From Waddlia chondrophila WSU 86-1044 (GTDB lineage: Bacteria > Chlamydiota > Chlamydiia > Chlamydiales > CAMCWV01): 64,000 nt of DNA. Both the position numbers and the translations under genes were made by a program. The stretch spans positions 18,647-82,646 of the forward strand of contig CAMCWV010000005.1 of assembly GCA_945882915.1 (NCBI GenBank). The letters run 5' to 3'. Positions 46,820 to 55,546 of the stretch are shown in pieces. The notes under the pieces were generated by a model. It worked only from the letters and a program-made list of their open reading frames with translations. It was not told the DNA's origin and ran no database searches. The stretch's first letter is position 1; every line of letters begins with the position of its first letter.

Positions 46820-48532
46820 ATGATCCGAGGAACGCCACCTGCTGTTGGAGCTCACACTATCCTTAAAGAGCTTGGGCAGGATGGCTTTGGTATCGTTTAT
46901 GAAGCGCAAGACGAGAAAAAACAGCCCATCCTGCTCCGAGTGATTGCTCCGGAAATTTCTAATAACGACAACTTTGTCGTCCGCTTTGAATTGCTAAAAG
47001 CCATCCTCCCCTCAATAGAGCATAAAAACCTTCTTAAAGTAATTGAGCTCGGATCTCATAAAAACATCTTCTTTATTGCTAAAGAGCGCCCTGGGGTAGA
47101 CGGCAAAGCCTTAAATGCGAGCCTACAGACGCTAAATTCATTCGACTTCACAAACACCTCTAGCAACACTCTTGGACGGCACCGCACACTACTTGAGCTC
47201 TTTGAAGGAATTGCTCAAGGGCTCTCTGCCCTTGAGCAGGTGCGCAAAAGCTATTACAAACATGGGATCCTCCACAACAGCTTAAAACCCGATAACATTT
47301 ATATTTTTTCTAACTCCGCGCAAGGAATTCTGTCTCAAGGCACCCCAAGTCCTAAGCTAGATGGTTATGCGGAGCCGTTTTTGTTTTTTGGAGACGGTCC
47401 ACAGTCGCTTCTTCACTATCGAATGGCAACGCCTCTAGCTACTGCTAAAAGACTTAATCAAGAAAAGAACGGGATCCAAAGCAGTCCTCTTAATTTATAC
47501 GGCTATGAACCATTTTACCCGCCGGAATCTCGTCAAGGACTCCCCCTGCACCCCACCTCTATGCAGTATGCTTTTGGAGCTCTTCTTTACCACCACATTA
47601 GCAAACAACATCCAAAAGGGTTGTTTATTCCGCTCAAAGAGCATGACGGCTCTTTAGACCCTCTTTGGGATGAAATCGTCAACCGATGCCTAGCCTCTCC
47701 TCATGGTGGCGGTTATGCGAATATGGGAGAGGTTGCTGGACATCTAAAAAAACAACTCGTCTCTCATCTAGAGCTTTCTCCTGAAGAGAAGAAAATAAAA
47801 AGTATTAAGCCGCCTGCTGGAATGGCACTTGTCGCCTGTTTAGAAAAAGTTGAGATCGGCGCTCATGATGGCCCCGAGAATGAACAGCCCCCCTTCCGGA
47901 TGCGCATCAAGCCATTTTTTATGGATATCTTCCCTGTAACGTTTAAGCAATTTAAAGAGTGCATGCCTCTTTACACGGGCAGTGACTATTCGAGGGGAGA
48001 CAACCTCCCCGCTACACTAATTTCAATCTCTATGGCCAAGGCCTACTGCAGATGGAGAAGCGAAAAAGAAGGGCTGCCACCGCAAACCTACCGTCTGCCA
48101 ACAGAATATGAGTGGGAAGCTGCTGCCAGAGGACAAGGAGGGCTCCAGTATCCGTGGGGAGCTACACAAGATCCCCTTCAGCTCTATTGCAATAAAGACA
48201 AAGAACGAGGAACAATTGCATTAGGACAGCTACCTGCCGGCAGATTTGGCCTTCATGACATGCTAGGAAATGTGTGGGAATGGACAGATTCACTATTTCA
48301 CCCCCACCCCTTTGCAAAGGGAGCTGAAAAGCCTGTATCGCCTAAGCTACACGTCGCAAAAGGCGGGTGCTGGCTCACTCCCCTCGAGCTCTGCAGAGGC
48401 AGTCTCAGGCAAGGCTTTGCCCCACACGAGCCAAAAGCAAACATCGGATTCCGCTGCGCCCGGAACGTCGATTATATACTCCTCGCAGCTGAAAATCGGC
48501 ATCTGGACGGCGCCAAAGCCCCGGGGCCTTAG
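46820..48532 (+). CDS. Pkn1-like fusion: N-terminal protein-kinase-like domain (catalytic motifs degenerate) plus C-terminal FGE/SUMF1-type domain; the last ~20 codons are F1-derived
   Basis: Kinase-like LGQDGFGIVYEA, LLRVI, HNSLKPDN and LDGYA. FGE motifs RLPTEYEWEAAARG, GNVWEWT and GFRCAR. The tail DYILLAAENRHLDGAKAPGP is encoded by the F1 element. Confidence 0.8.
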   Translation: MIRGTPPAVGAHTILKELGQDGFGIVYEAQDEKKQPILLRVIAPEISNNDNFVVRFELLKAILPSIEHKNLLKVIELGSHKNIFFIAKERPGVDGKALNASLQTLNSFDFTNTSSNTLGRHRTLLELFEGIAQGLSALEQVRKSYYKHGILHNSLKPDNIYIFSNSAQGILSQGTPSPKLDGYAEPFLFFGDGPQSLLHYRMATPLATAKRLNQEKNGIQSSPLNLYGYEPFYPPESRQGLPLHPTSMQYAFGALLYHHISKQHPKGLFIPLKEHDGSLDPLWDEIVNRCLASPHGGGYANMGEVAGHLKKQLVSHLELSPEEKKIKSIKPPAGMALVACLEKVEIGAHDGPENEQPPFRMRIKPFFMDIFPVTFKQFKECMPLYTGSDYSRGDNLPATLISISMAKAYCRWRSEKEGLPPQTYRLPTEYEWEAAARGQGGLQYPWGATQDPLQLYCNKDKERGTIALGQLPAGRFGLHDMLGNVWEWTDSLFHPHPFAKGAEKPVSPKLHVAKGGCWLTPLELCRGSLRQGFAPHEPKANIGFRCARNVDYILLAAENRHLDGAKAPGP

Positions 48533-48636
48533 CGTTTGCCCTCTCCAGAAGGTAACCCTTTAATTGCTACGGGCTTCTTCTCTTTTTTTCTTTTGTGCGC
48601 CGTCCACATTCCCGTTTTCAACTACGAGGAGTATAT
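48473..48636. repeat. F1 element whose centre is replaced by other sequence (includes an F4 piece at about 48528-48562)
   Basis: Left end tatatactcctcgcagctgaaaatcgg..ggacggcgccaaagccccgggg. Right end gcgccgtccacattcccgttttcaactacgaggagtatat. Confidence 0.8.
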
Positions 48637-48893
48637 TTAAGGAGCGAGCGTAAGGGAAGCTCTTTGGAGTGCTGGGACAAGTCCAACGCTTTCACCAGTC
48701 CTCGACATGTCGAGGACTGTACGAAACTCTCGCTTACTAAGGCTGAGTGGACTCGACATGTCCAGGCGTACGATGTGGTGGACTGCTACGCTTTACTAAC
48801 CCAACAAGGGCGTACACTCCTCGACATGTCGAGGAGTGTTGAAAGCGTTGGACAAGTCCCAGCACTCCAAAGATCGAGCGATGCTCGATCCTT
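48637..48893. repeat. F2 element, copy f (longest, three CGACATGTC hairpins)
   Basis: ttaaggagcgagcg...ctttggagtgctgggacaagtcc ... ggacaagtcccagcactccaaagatcgagcg..ccttaa. Confidence 0.85.
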
Positions 48894-48920
48894 AAATATA
48901 CGCCTCTTAGCTGAAAAAAA
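48894..48920 (+). repeat. F1 left-end fragment
   Basis: atatacgcctcttagctgaaaaaaaa. Confidence 0.7.
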
Positions 48921-49172
48921 ACCGCGGAAGCGGTAATTAAGCGGCAAAGCCGCGGCAGATGCTAGCCGTAGGTGCCCGAAGGGAACCTGCGGAAGTGTGT
49001 ATAAAAAAACGCAGGGCCGCGGCCAGCGGCGACACTCTTTCTGTGAGAAATGTCGCCACTGACCGTGGCTTACTATTATAATTCTACTAGTCCGTAGGTT
49101 TCCCTCGGTCACCTACGGCTAGCATCTGCAACGGCCTTGCCGCTTAATTACCGCTGCCGCGGTTTAAATAAC
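48920..49172. repeat. F6 GC-rich element, full hairpin form
   Basis: Arms aaccgcggaagcggtaattaagcggcaaagccgcggcagatgctagccgtagg.. and ..cctacggctagcatctgcaacggccttgccgcttaattaccgctgccgcggttt. Confidence 0.8.
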
Positions 49173-49174
49173 CC

Positions 49175-49308
49175 CGTCTTTTCAAAAATGAAGTGCAAAA
49201 ATTGAGTTAAAAAAAGAATAGTCAGGTGATGAAAAAATCTATCGCCTAGATCTTGAACCTGCTCCAGCCTGTTGACAGCATATTCTCAACGCGAATTGCT
49301 CAATCTAG
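49175..49308 (-). repeat. F5 element, copy c (inverted)
   Basis: Reverse complement of the 35923-36056 pattern, full length. Confidence 0.85.
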
Positions 49309-49335
49309 GTCAAATGACAGGGCGAAGCCTTTATT

Positions 49336-49920
49336 TTATTCCCAGCGCTTGGTGGGAGGAGACTTTAATTTTAGGGCGTCAAAGGCTCTGGCGACGATGA
49401 ATGATTCGACATCGTCCATGTTTTTGGGATGCAAATACCACGCAGGCATAGGTGGTAGCACCACGCCGCCCATACGCGTAATCTTAAGCATGTTCTCAAG
49501 GTGAATTTCGGAAAGGGGTGCTTCACGAGGGACAACAATAAATGGGCGTCTCTCCTTGAGAACAACATCTGCAGCGCGCCGCAAAAGGTTGTCTGCAAGC
49601 CCCAAAGCTATCGCAGCTAAACTTGCCATGCTACAAGGAATAACGATCATCCCATCAGTAAGAAAAGAACCACTTGCAATAGAAGCAGAAAAATCAGAAA
49701 TACTATGACAAGTCACGCGCTTTTGGACCTCTTTAGAATAGAGTTTCATCCACTTCTCGCCACTCGCATACTCTGTGCCAAGCTCTTCAATAGCCGTAAA
49801 GCAAGCACCTTTCGACAAAACAAGGTGGACATGATGCCCTGCAAGGGCAAGTGCTTCTACCATACGATAACCAAGAATAATTCCTGAGGCTCCTGAAACC
49901 CCTACAACAATACGGCTCAT
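49336..49920 (-). CDS. ubiX: flavin prenyltransferase UbiX
   Basis: RIVVGVSGASG, the PCSM.SLAAIA pattern, about 190 aa. Confidence 0.88.
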   Translation of the reverse strand: MSRIVVGVSGASGIILGYRMVEALALAGHHVHLVLSKGACFTAIEELGTEYASGEKWMKLYSKEVQKRVTCHSISDFSASIASGSFLTDGMIVIPCSMASLAAIALGLADNLLRRAADVVLKERRPFIVVPREAPLSEIHLENMLKITRMGGVVLPPMPAWYLHPKNMDDVESFIVARAFDALKLKSPPTKRWE

Positions 49921-50193
49921 ATTATAATATCCTCATCTTAGCTGAAAACTGGAAAAATTATCCTAAACAAGCGCTTGCCCTTTCTAGAAGGTAACGTGGA
50001 CCGCCTAAGGTCTTGGATTTCAGACCCAAGCCTACAACAAACGTTTGATTAGTGGTAGGTTAGACCCCAGACCGGGACGGCTCACGTTGCCTTCTGGAGA
50101 GGGTAAACGCTTGTTTTGAGGCTTCCAGGTGAAAAATCGTGATTTTTGTGGAAACTTAAAGAGCTTGTTTTCAGCTAAGAGAAGGATATAACT
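49921..50193. repeat. composite: degenerate F1 termini enclosing a full F4 palindrome
   Basis: Left ataatatcctcatcttagctgaaaactgg. F4 at 49975-50118 (gaaggtaacgtggaccgcctaaggtc ... gacggctcacgttgccttc). Right gttttcagctaagagaaggatata. Confidence 0.7.
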
Positions 50194-51050
50194 CCTATAG
50201 CGGCAGCCATCATCGTCAACCCAACCCATGTGTTACATGAAAAAAAGACCTGAGGAATTGCATCCAGGGCCTTAGGATTAATTTTACGGTGATAATGAAT
50301 ATAAAGAGAAGCTACCACACCAACGCCAATAAAATAAACGGCCGAAAGCCCCATTAGCACCCCAGCCCAGATAAGCGCTGCCACAGCAACCACATGTGAC
50401 ATACGTGCCACCCATAGCGCCCCCTGAGCCCCTAATACCACAGGAATGCTCCGCAGCTTGTGCCCAGTATCAAATACATGGTCTTGAATTTGGTATATGA
50501 CATCCATTCCAGCTAGTGAAGCGAGAGCCGCCACCCCAAGGAGTACTGGCGGCCAGGCAAGAGAGTCTGTGATTGCTATCCAGGCACAAAAAGGGGCAAA
50601 AAACTCGATAAGCCCCAGAACAAAATGACAAAGCATAGTGAAACGTTTAGTGTACGAGTATCCCCAAAGAAGAAGGATAATAAACGGCGACAGGGCCAAG
50701 CAAATGTTGTTGATCAATCCAGCAACGACAACACCTCCAATAACCGATCCCCAAGCAAGTAACATCACCTGTCTTGGAGAGACCTCCCCCTTTGGAATAG
50801 AGCGATCTTTTGTTCTTGGGTTGTCAGCATCGATGTGCCTATCAATCAAGCGATTAAAAGACATCCCTGCAACTCTAGCAAAGCAAAATCCTAAAACAAT
50901 CCACACGCTTTTTAGACCAAAAGTGCTCCAATTAAAAGAGTTAGCAAACGCCGGATCTGCAAAAGGCAAAATCGCACCTATAACGGCCCAAGGCAACCCA
51001 AAAAGAGTTTGCTCAACCATAATTAATTTCTTAAAGACTGCCCAACGCAT
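50175..51050 (-). CDS. ubiA: UbiA-family aromatic prenyltransferase (4-hydroxybenzoate polyprenyltransferase-like / MqnP-like)
   Basis: NRLIDRHIDADNPRTKDR motif, second Asp-rich region, 8-9 hydrophobic segments. The stop and last codons lie in the degenerate F1 terminus. Confidence 0.85.
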   Translation of the reverse strand: MRWAVFKKLIMVEQTLFGLPWAVIGAILPFADPAFANSFNWSTFGLKSVWIVLGFCFARVAGMSFNRLIDRHIDADNPRTKDRSIPKGEVSPRQVMLLAWGSVIGGVVVAGLINNICLALSPFIILLLWGYSYTKRFTMLCHFVLGLIEFFAPFCAWIAITDSLAWPPVLLGVAALASLAGMDVIYQIQDHVFDTGHKLRSIPVVLGAQGALWVARMSHVVAVAALIWAGVLMGLSAVYFIGVGVVASLYIHYHRKINPKALDAIPQVFFSCNTWVGLTMMAAAIGVISFS

Positions 51051-51156
51051 CTTCTTTCCTTTTGTTTCCGATCGATTTAACCTTGAAAATTATAAGGCAT
51101 ATAAGGCAAAGGGGTATACTATTCCAACTAGAATCTTTTATGGGGAAATTAAGACA

Positions 51157-51846
51157 ATGAAATCTAAAATAAGATCAAAAGAATCTATTGAACAAGCGCA
51201 ACACTTAGATTCATGGCGCGTTTTCAGAATTATTTCAGAGTTTGTTGATGGTTTTGAAACACTCACAACTATTGGCCCCTCCGTTTCTATCTTCGGATCT
51301 GCAAGAACAGATACTAAATCCCCCTATTATAAAATGGCAACTGATGTCGCTAAGAAAATTGCCGAAAAAGGGTATGCCGTCATTACTGGGGGCGGCCCTG
51401 GGATCATGGCAGCTGCCAATAAAGGGGCTCAATTAGGAAAAGGAGCCTCTTGCGGCCTAGGCATTGACCTTCCTTTTGAAACAGGTGCAAACTCTCACAT
51501 TGATGAAAAATACAACCTCCATTTCCACTACTTCTTTGTCCGTAAAGTGATGTTTATGAGGTACGCACAAGCGTTTGTTGTTCTTCCCGGAGGTTACGGA
51601 ACTCTCGATGAACTTTTCGAGGCCCTCACGCTCATTCAGACCAAAAAAGTACAGCCCTTCCCTGTCTATCTCATGGGATCATCCTACTGGAACGGACTTA
51701 TTGAATGGCTAAAAAGCGTTGTTATTACAAACAACAACCTCTCACCAGAAGACCTTAGCCTTTTCACAATTACCGATGACCCTGAAGAAGTTGTAACCGG
51801 TATCGAAGCCCATTACCAAGCCTCTTGCTCCGTCAGTAACTTCTAG
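51157..51846 (+). CDS. LOG/TIGR00730-family Rossmann-fold protein
   Basis: GGGPGIMAAANKGA and PGGYGTLDELFE. Start at MKSKIR; the 402-aa track ORF is an artefact running antisense to ubiA. Confidence 0.85.
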   Translation: MKSKIRSKESIEQAQHLDSWRVFRIISEFVDGFETLTTIGPSVSIFGSARTDTKSPYYKMATDVAKKIAEKGYAVITGGGPGIMAAANKGAQLGKGASCGLGIDLPFETGANSHIDEKYNLHFHYFFVRKVMFMRYAQAFVVLPGGYGTLDELFEALTLIQTKKVQPFPVYLMGSSYWNGLIEWLKSVVITNNNLSPEDLSLFTITDDPEEVVTGIEAHYQASCSVSNF

Positions 51847-51973
51847 TGGTCTGTTATGAGGATTGAAAATTTATAAATAAATTTTTTCGTTGAAGACGTA
51901 AAAATTAGTTCACCTCTCCCTCTAATCGTGGTATTGTAAATTTAATTGATACCGCTAACAAGGAGACTTCCCC

Positions 51974-52666
51974 ATGCAAGACCTTAATTCCACGCAACAA
52001 AATCCTTGGTTTTCTATCTGGCGCCATCCGCGAGCTACTATGCGAGGCATCCTAGACACAAACCCAAAGCGAACGGTTCTTTGGCTCGTGCTGATCAATG
52101 GTCTTTTGCAAGGGCTGTTTGTATGGCCACCAGGCCTCTCAAGCTCTCACCACCCTATATTCGTCGTCTTATTTAGCGCCGTCTTTGGCGCTCTTATGGG
52201 ACTAATTGGCCTCTATGTAGTCGGTACGGTCACAAAATGGACAGGAAGTTGGGTTGGAGGTGTCGGGTCTTATCTAGAAATAAGAGCGGCTATTGCTTGG
52301 TCGTTAGTTCCTCATATCTGGGGAATGATCCTCAAGCCCTTTGAGATCTTTTTCTGTGGGGTTGCAGGCCCTTTAATGGTTACAGAGCATGGTCCTGAAG
52401 AGTTTGTTCTATTTTCTGTTGCTAGCTTATTCGGAGCTATAGAACTCGTTCTTGCTGTTTGGATTATTGTGATAACAATACAGTGTCTGGCAGAAGCACA
52501 CCGCATCCACGCATTTAAGGCTATTATTGCCTGGGTACTTGCTATAATAATTATTGGGGCTATTGTGGGGCTATTAGCTGTTTTGGGAGCCTTGGTGTTT
52601 GACCCAATAGACACGCTCCTAGCGCCATCACTTGGAGTGTCTTCTGCAGCCGTAGGGACGCCTTAA
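51974..52666 (+). CDS. Yip1-domain-like integral membrane protein
   Basis: Five hydrophobic segments and a Yip1-like N-terminal region. Weak call. Confidence 0.5.
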   Translation: MQDLNSTQQNPWFSIWRHPRATMRGILDTNPKRTVLWLVLINGLLQGLFVWPPGLSSSHHPIFVVLFSAVFGALMGLIGLYVVGTVTKWTGSWVGGVGSYLEIRAAIAWSLVPHIWGMILKPFEIFFCGVAGPLMVTEHGPEEFVLFSVASLFGAIELVLAVWIIVITIQCLAEAHRIHAFKAIIAWVLAIIIIGAIVGLLAVLGALVFDPIDTLLAPSLGVSSAAVGTP

Positions 52667-52738
52667 AGGGCGCTACTGAGCACCCAAGGCTTCGCCGAGG
52701 ACCATGGACGGATGGACAAGCGGGCTAGCGCCCGCCTA

Positions 52739-54139
52739 CTATAGGGCGAAGCCCGTTTCTTGATGCGTGTGGTCTTTGTCGTCTTTCCAGATGACCTTGC
52801 CTTCTTCTACGAGCTTATCGATGTAGGTCAGGTCGTATTTTCCTGAAAGGAACTTCTCGTCATCCAGCATGAATTTGTGGAAAGGGATCGTCGTCTTAAT
52901 CCCCCCAATCATAAACTCTCGCAAAGCGCGCTTTGCAGAAGCAATCGCCTCTGTACGGGTTTTTCCCCTAACAATGAGCTTAGCCACCATAGAGTCATAG
53001 TAAGGCGGGATAGTGCAACCAGAATAACAAGCGCTATCGATACGAACATTGGGACCGCCAGGAGCCAAGTAGTACTCTATTTTGCCTGGGGATGGCGCAA
53101 AGTTAGACATCGGATTTTCGGCGTTAATGCGGAACTGCATCACATGCCCATTAAACGTAACCTCTTTTTGCTTTAAGGAAAGCTCTTGTCCCATAGCAAT
53201 GCGAATCTGCTCAACGACAAGGTCAATGCCCGTAAGCTCTTCTGTAATCGTATGCTCAACTTGAATACGGGTGTTCACTTCCATGAAGTAGAAGTTCTTG
53301 TCTTGATCAAGCAGGAACTCGACCGTTCCCACCGAATGGTACTTGGCTGCCTTAACAATCTGAACCGCCGCCCGTCCCATTTGTTTACGAAGCTTAGGAG
53401 AAAGAATAGGGCTAGGAGCTTCTTCAATAAGCTTTTGGCGCCTACGCTGGACTGTGCAGTCTCTTTCGCCTAAGTGGATGTAATTTCCATGCTTATCCCC
53501 TACGACCTGCACTTCAATGTGCCGGGGACCAACAATCATCTTCTCAAGATAAATATCCGGGTTGCCAAAGCTCGCTTCGGCCTCTCCTCTAGCAGCTGCA
53601 AAATGTTTAACGAATTCCTTTTCCGAATAGGCAACGCGAATCCCCTTTCCACCGCCACCAGCAACAGCTTTAATGAAAATCGGATAGCCTAAGGTTTTAG
53701 CAACATTTAACGCCTCATCAATGTCTCTTATCACTCCATTAGAGCCTGGAATTACTGGACACTTAGCGTGTTTAGCAGTAGACTTTGCCTTGACTTTGTC
53801 CCCAAGCAGCGCAATTGTAAGTGAAGAGGGGCCAATAAAATTAAGCCCACTACTTTCGCAAATAGAAGCAAAATTCGCATTTTCAGAAAGGTAACCATAG
53901 CCTGGGTGAATCGCATCTGCCCCCGTGATCTCGCATGCAGCAAGAATATTAGGAATTCTAAGATACGATTTTGAAGAAGGGGCCTCTCCAATGCAAATTG
54001 CCTCGTCAGCATAGAGAACATGCAAAGACTCGGCATCTGCTTGTGAGTAGACCGCCACCGTTTGCAATCCCAAGTCATGACATGCTCGAATAATACGAAC
54101 TGCGATTTCACCACGATTGGCAACTAAAACTTTATGCAT
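52739..54139 (-). CDS. accC: acetyl-CoA carboxylase, biotin carboxylase subunit
   Basis: MHKVLVANRGEIAVRIIRA, the ATP-grasp GGGGKG motif, EMNTRIQVEH-like MEVNTRIQVEH. Confidence 0.95.
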   Translation of the reverse strand: MHKVLVANRGEIAVRIIRACHDLGLQTVAVYSQADAESLHVLYADEAICIGEAPSSKSYLRIPNILAACEITGADAIHPGYGYLSENANFASICESSGLNFIGPSSLTIALLGDKVKAKSTAKHAKCPVIPGSNGVIRDIDEALNVAKTLGYPIFIKAVAGGGGKGIRVAYSEKEFVKHFAAARGEAEASFGNPDIYLEKMIVGPRHIEVQVVGDKHGNYIHLGERDCTVQRRRQKLIEEAPSPILSPKLRKQMGRAAVQIVKAAKYHSVGTVEFLLDQDKNFYFMEVNTRIQVEHTITEELTGIDLVVEQIRIAMGQELSLKQKEVTFNGHVMQFRINAENPMSNFAPSPGKIEYYLAPGGPNVRIDSACYSGCTIPPYYDSMVAKLIVRGKTRTEAIASAKRALREFMIGGIKTTIPFHKFMLDDEKFLSGKYDLTYIDKLVEEGKVIWKDDKDHTHQETGFAL

Positions 54140-54202
54140 AGAATTTACGACAAGGAGTTACGTTAAAAAAAATTACGTTGGAAAGTTATTCCTTAATGAG
54201 CC

Positions 54203-54697
<495 letters not shown>

Positions 54698-54725
54698 TCA
54701 AAACCTCCGCTATCAGACTTCTTTC

Positions 54726-55319
54726 TTAACACCGTTGAACGTATTCCTTTGACTTTGTATCCAATTTGATAACGTCATCTTTTCCAATGAAAGGGGGAAC
54801 TGCTATCTTAGCGCCAGTCTCTATCGTGGCAAGTCTGGCGCCTCCGATCGTGCCGACCCTTCCGTTGGGCCCCGCGTTTTCTTGCTCTACTTTAACTACT
54901 CTTAACTCTAAGTATTGAGGAAGCTCGACGGAATGAATGGTGGAACCGTAGAACGAGGCAGTGAGACCGACCCCTTCCTTAAGGAATTGAATAGCATCTC
55001 CGACCACCCTGGACGAAACCGGAACAAGATCTAAATTGCTAACATTGAGGAACAAGAGATCATTCCCCTCTCTGTAAAGGTATTCAAGCTTCTGATGGCT
55101 TAGATGAACCGCCTTTACCGTGCAACCAAGCTCAAAACTCTTTTCGACAACTTTATTGGTATCTAAATCTTTGAGCTTCATCCTCATAAGCGGAGGGGCA
55201 CCCTTGAGGCTCGTTACCTTCTGATTTGATTCAACATGGTACAATTTACTGCTAATGGAAATCGTCATTCCAGGTGTAACCTGTTGGCTTATAAGAGGGG
55301 CGTTTGGGGTGGTAACCAT
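54726..55319 (-). CDS. efp: elongation factor P family protein
   Basis: Three-domain EF-P layout and length. Position between accB and rpe is as I recall for Chlamydia. Confidence 0.8.
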   Translation of the reverse strand: MVTTPNAPLISQQVTPGMTISISSKLYHVESNQKVTSLKGAPPLMRMKLKDLDTNKVVEKSFELGCTVKAVHLSHQKLEYLYREGNDLLFLNVSNLDLVPVSSRVVGDAIQFLKEGVGLTASFYGSTIHSVELPQYLELRVVKVEQENAGPNGRVGTIGGARLATIETGAKIAVPPFIGKDDVIKLDTKSKEYVQRC

Positions 55320-55410
55320 AATAAGTAATGAGCTCGATTTTATTAGTTATGCAAGACGTACAATTTAACCCAAAAATGACTTTAAGAAAAGATAAAACAG
55401 GACCTTCCGA

Positions 55411-55496
55411 CCCAGATTGAGCAATTCGCCTTGAGACTATGCTGTCAACGGGTTGGAGCAGGTTCAAGATCTAGGCGATAGATTTTTCTCATCATT
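55411..55496 (+). repeat. F5 element, copy d (3' truncated)
   Basis: cccagattgagcaattcgccttgagactatgctgtcaacgggttggagcaggttcaagatctaggcgatagatttttctcatca. Confidence 0.85.
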
Positions 55497-55546
55497 TGCT
55501 TGGTGGCAGGTTAGATCCCAGACCTTAGGCGGTCCACGTTACCTTC
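55497..55546. repeat. F4 half element abutting the rpe stop codon
   Basis: ggttagatcccagaccttaggcggtccacgttaccttc. Confidence 0.65.

Noticed and set aside
49253-49504. ORFs starting MNLLQPVDSI (also 55252-55467)
   Set aside because: The shared N-terminus is encoded by the F5 repeat with a non-ATG start. Downstream sequence is unrelated and overlaps ubiX and efp in antisense.
50638-51156. N-terminal 173-aa extension of the LOG-family ORF (402-aa track ORF)
   Set aside because: The extension runs antisense through ubiA and has no motifs. The conserved LOG-family protein begins at the ATG at 51157.
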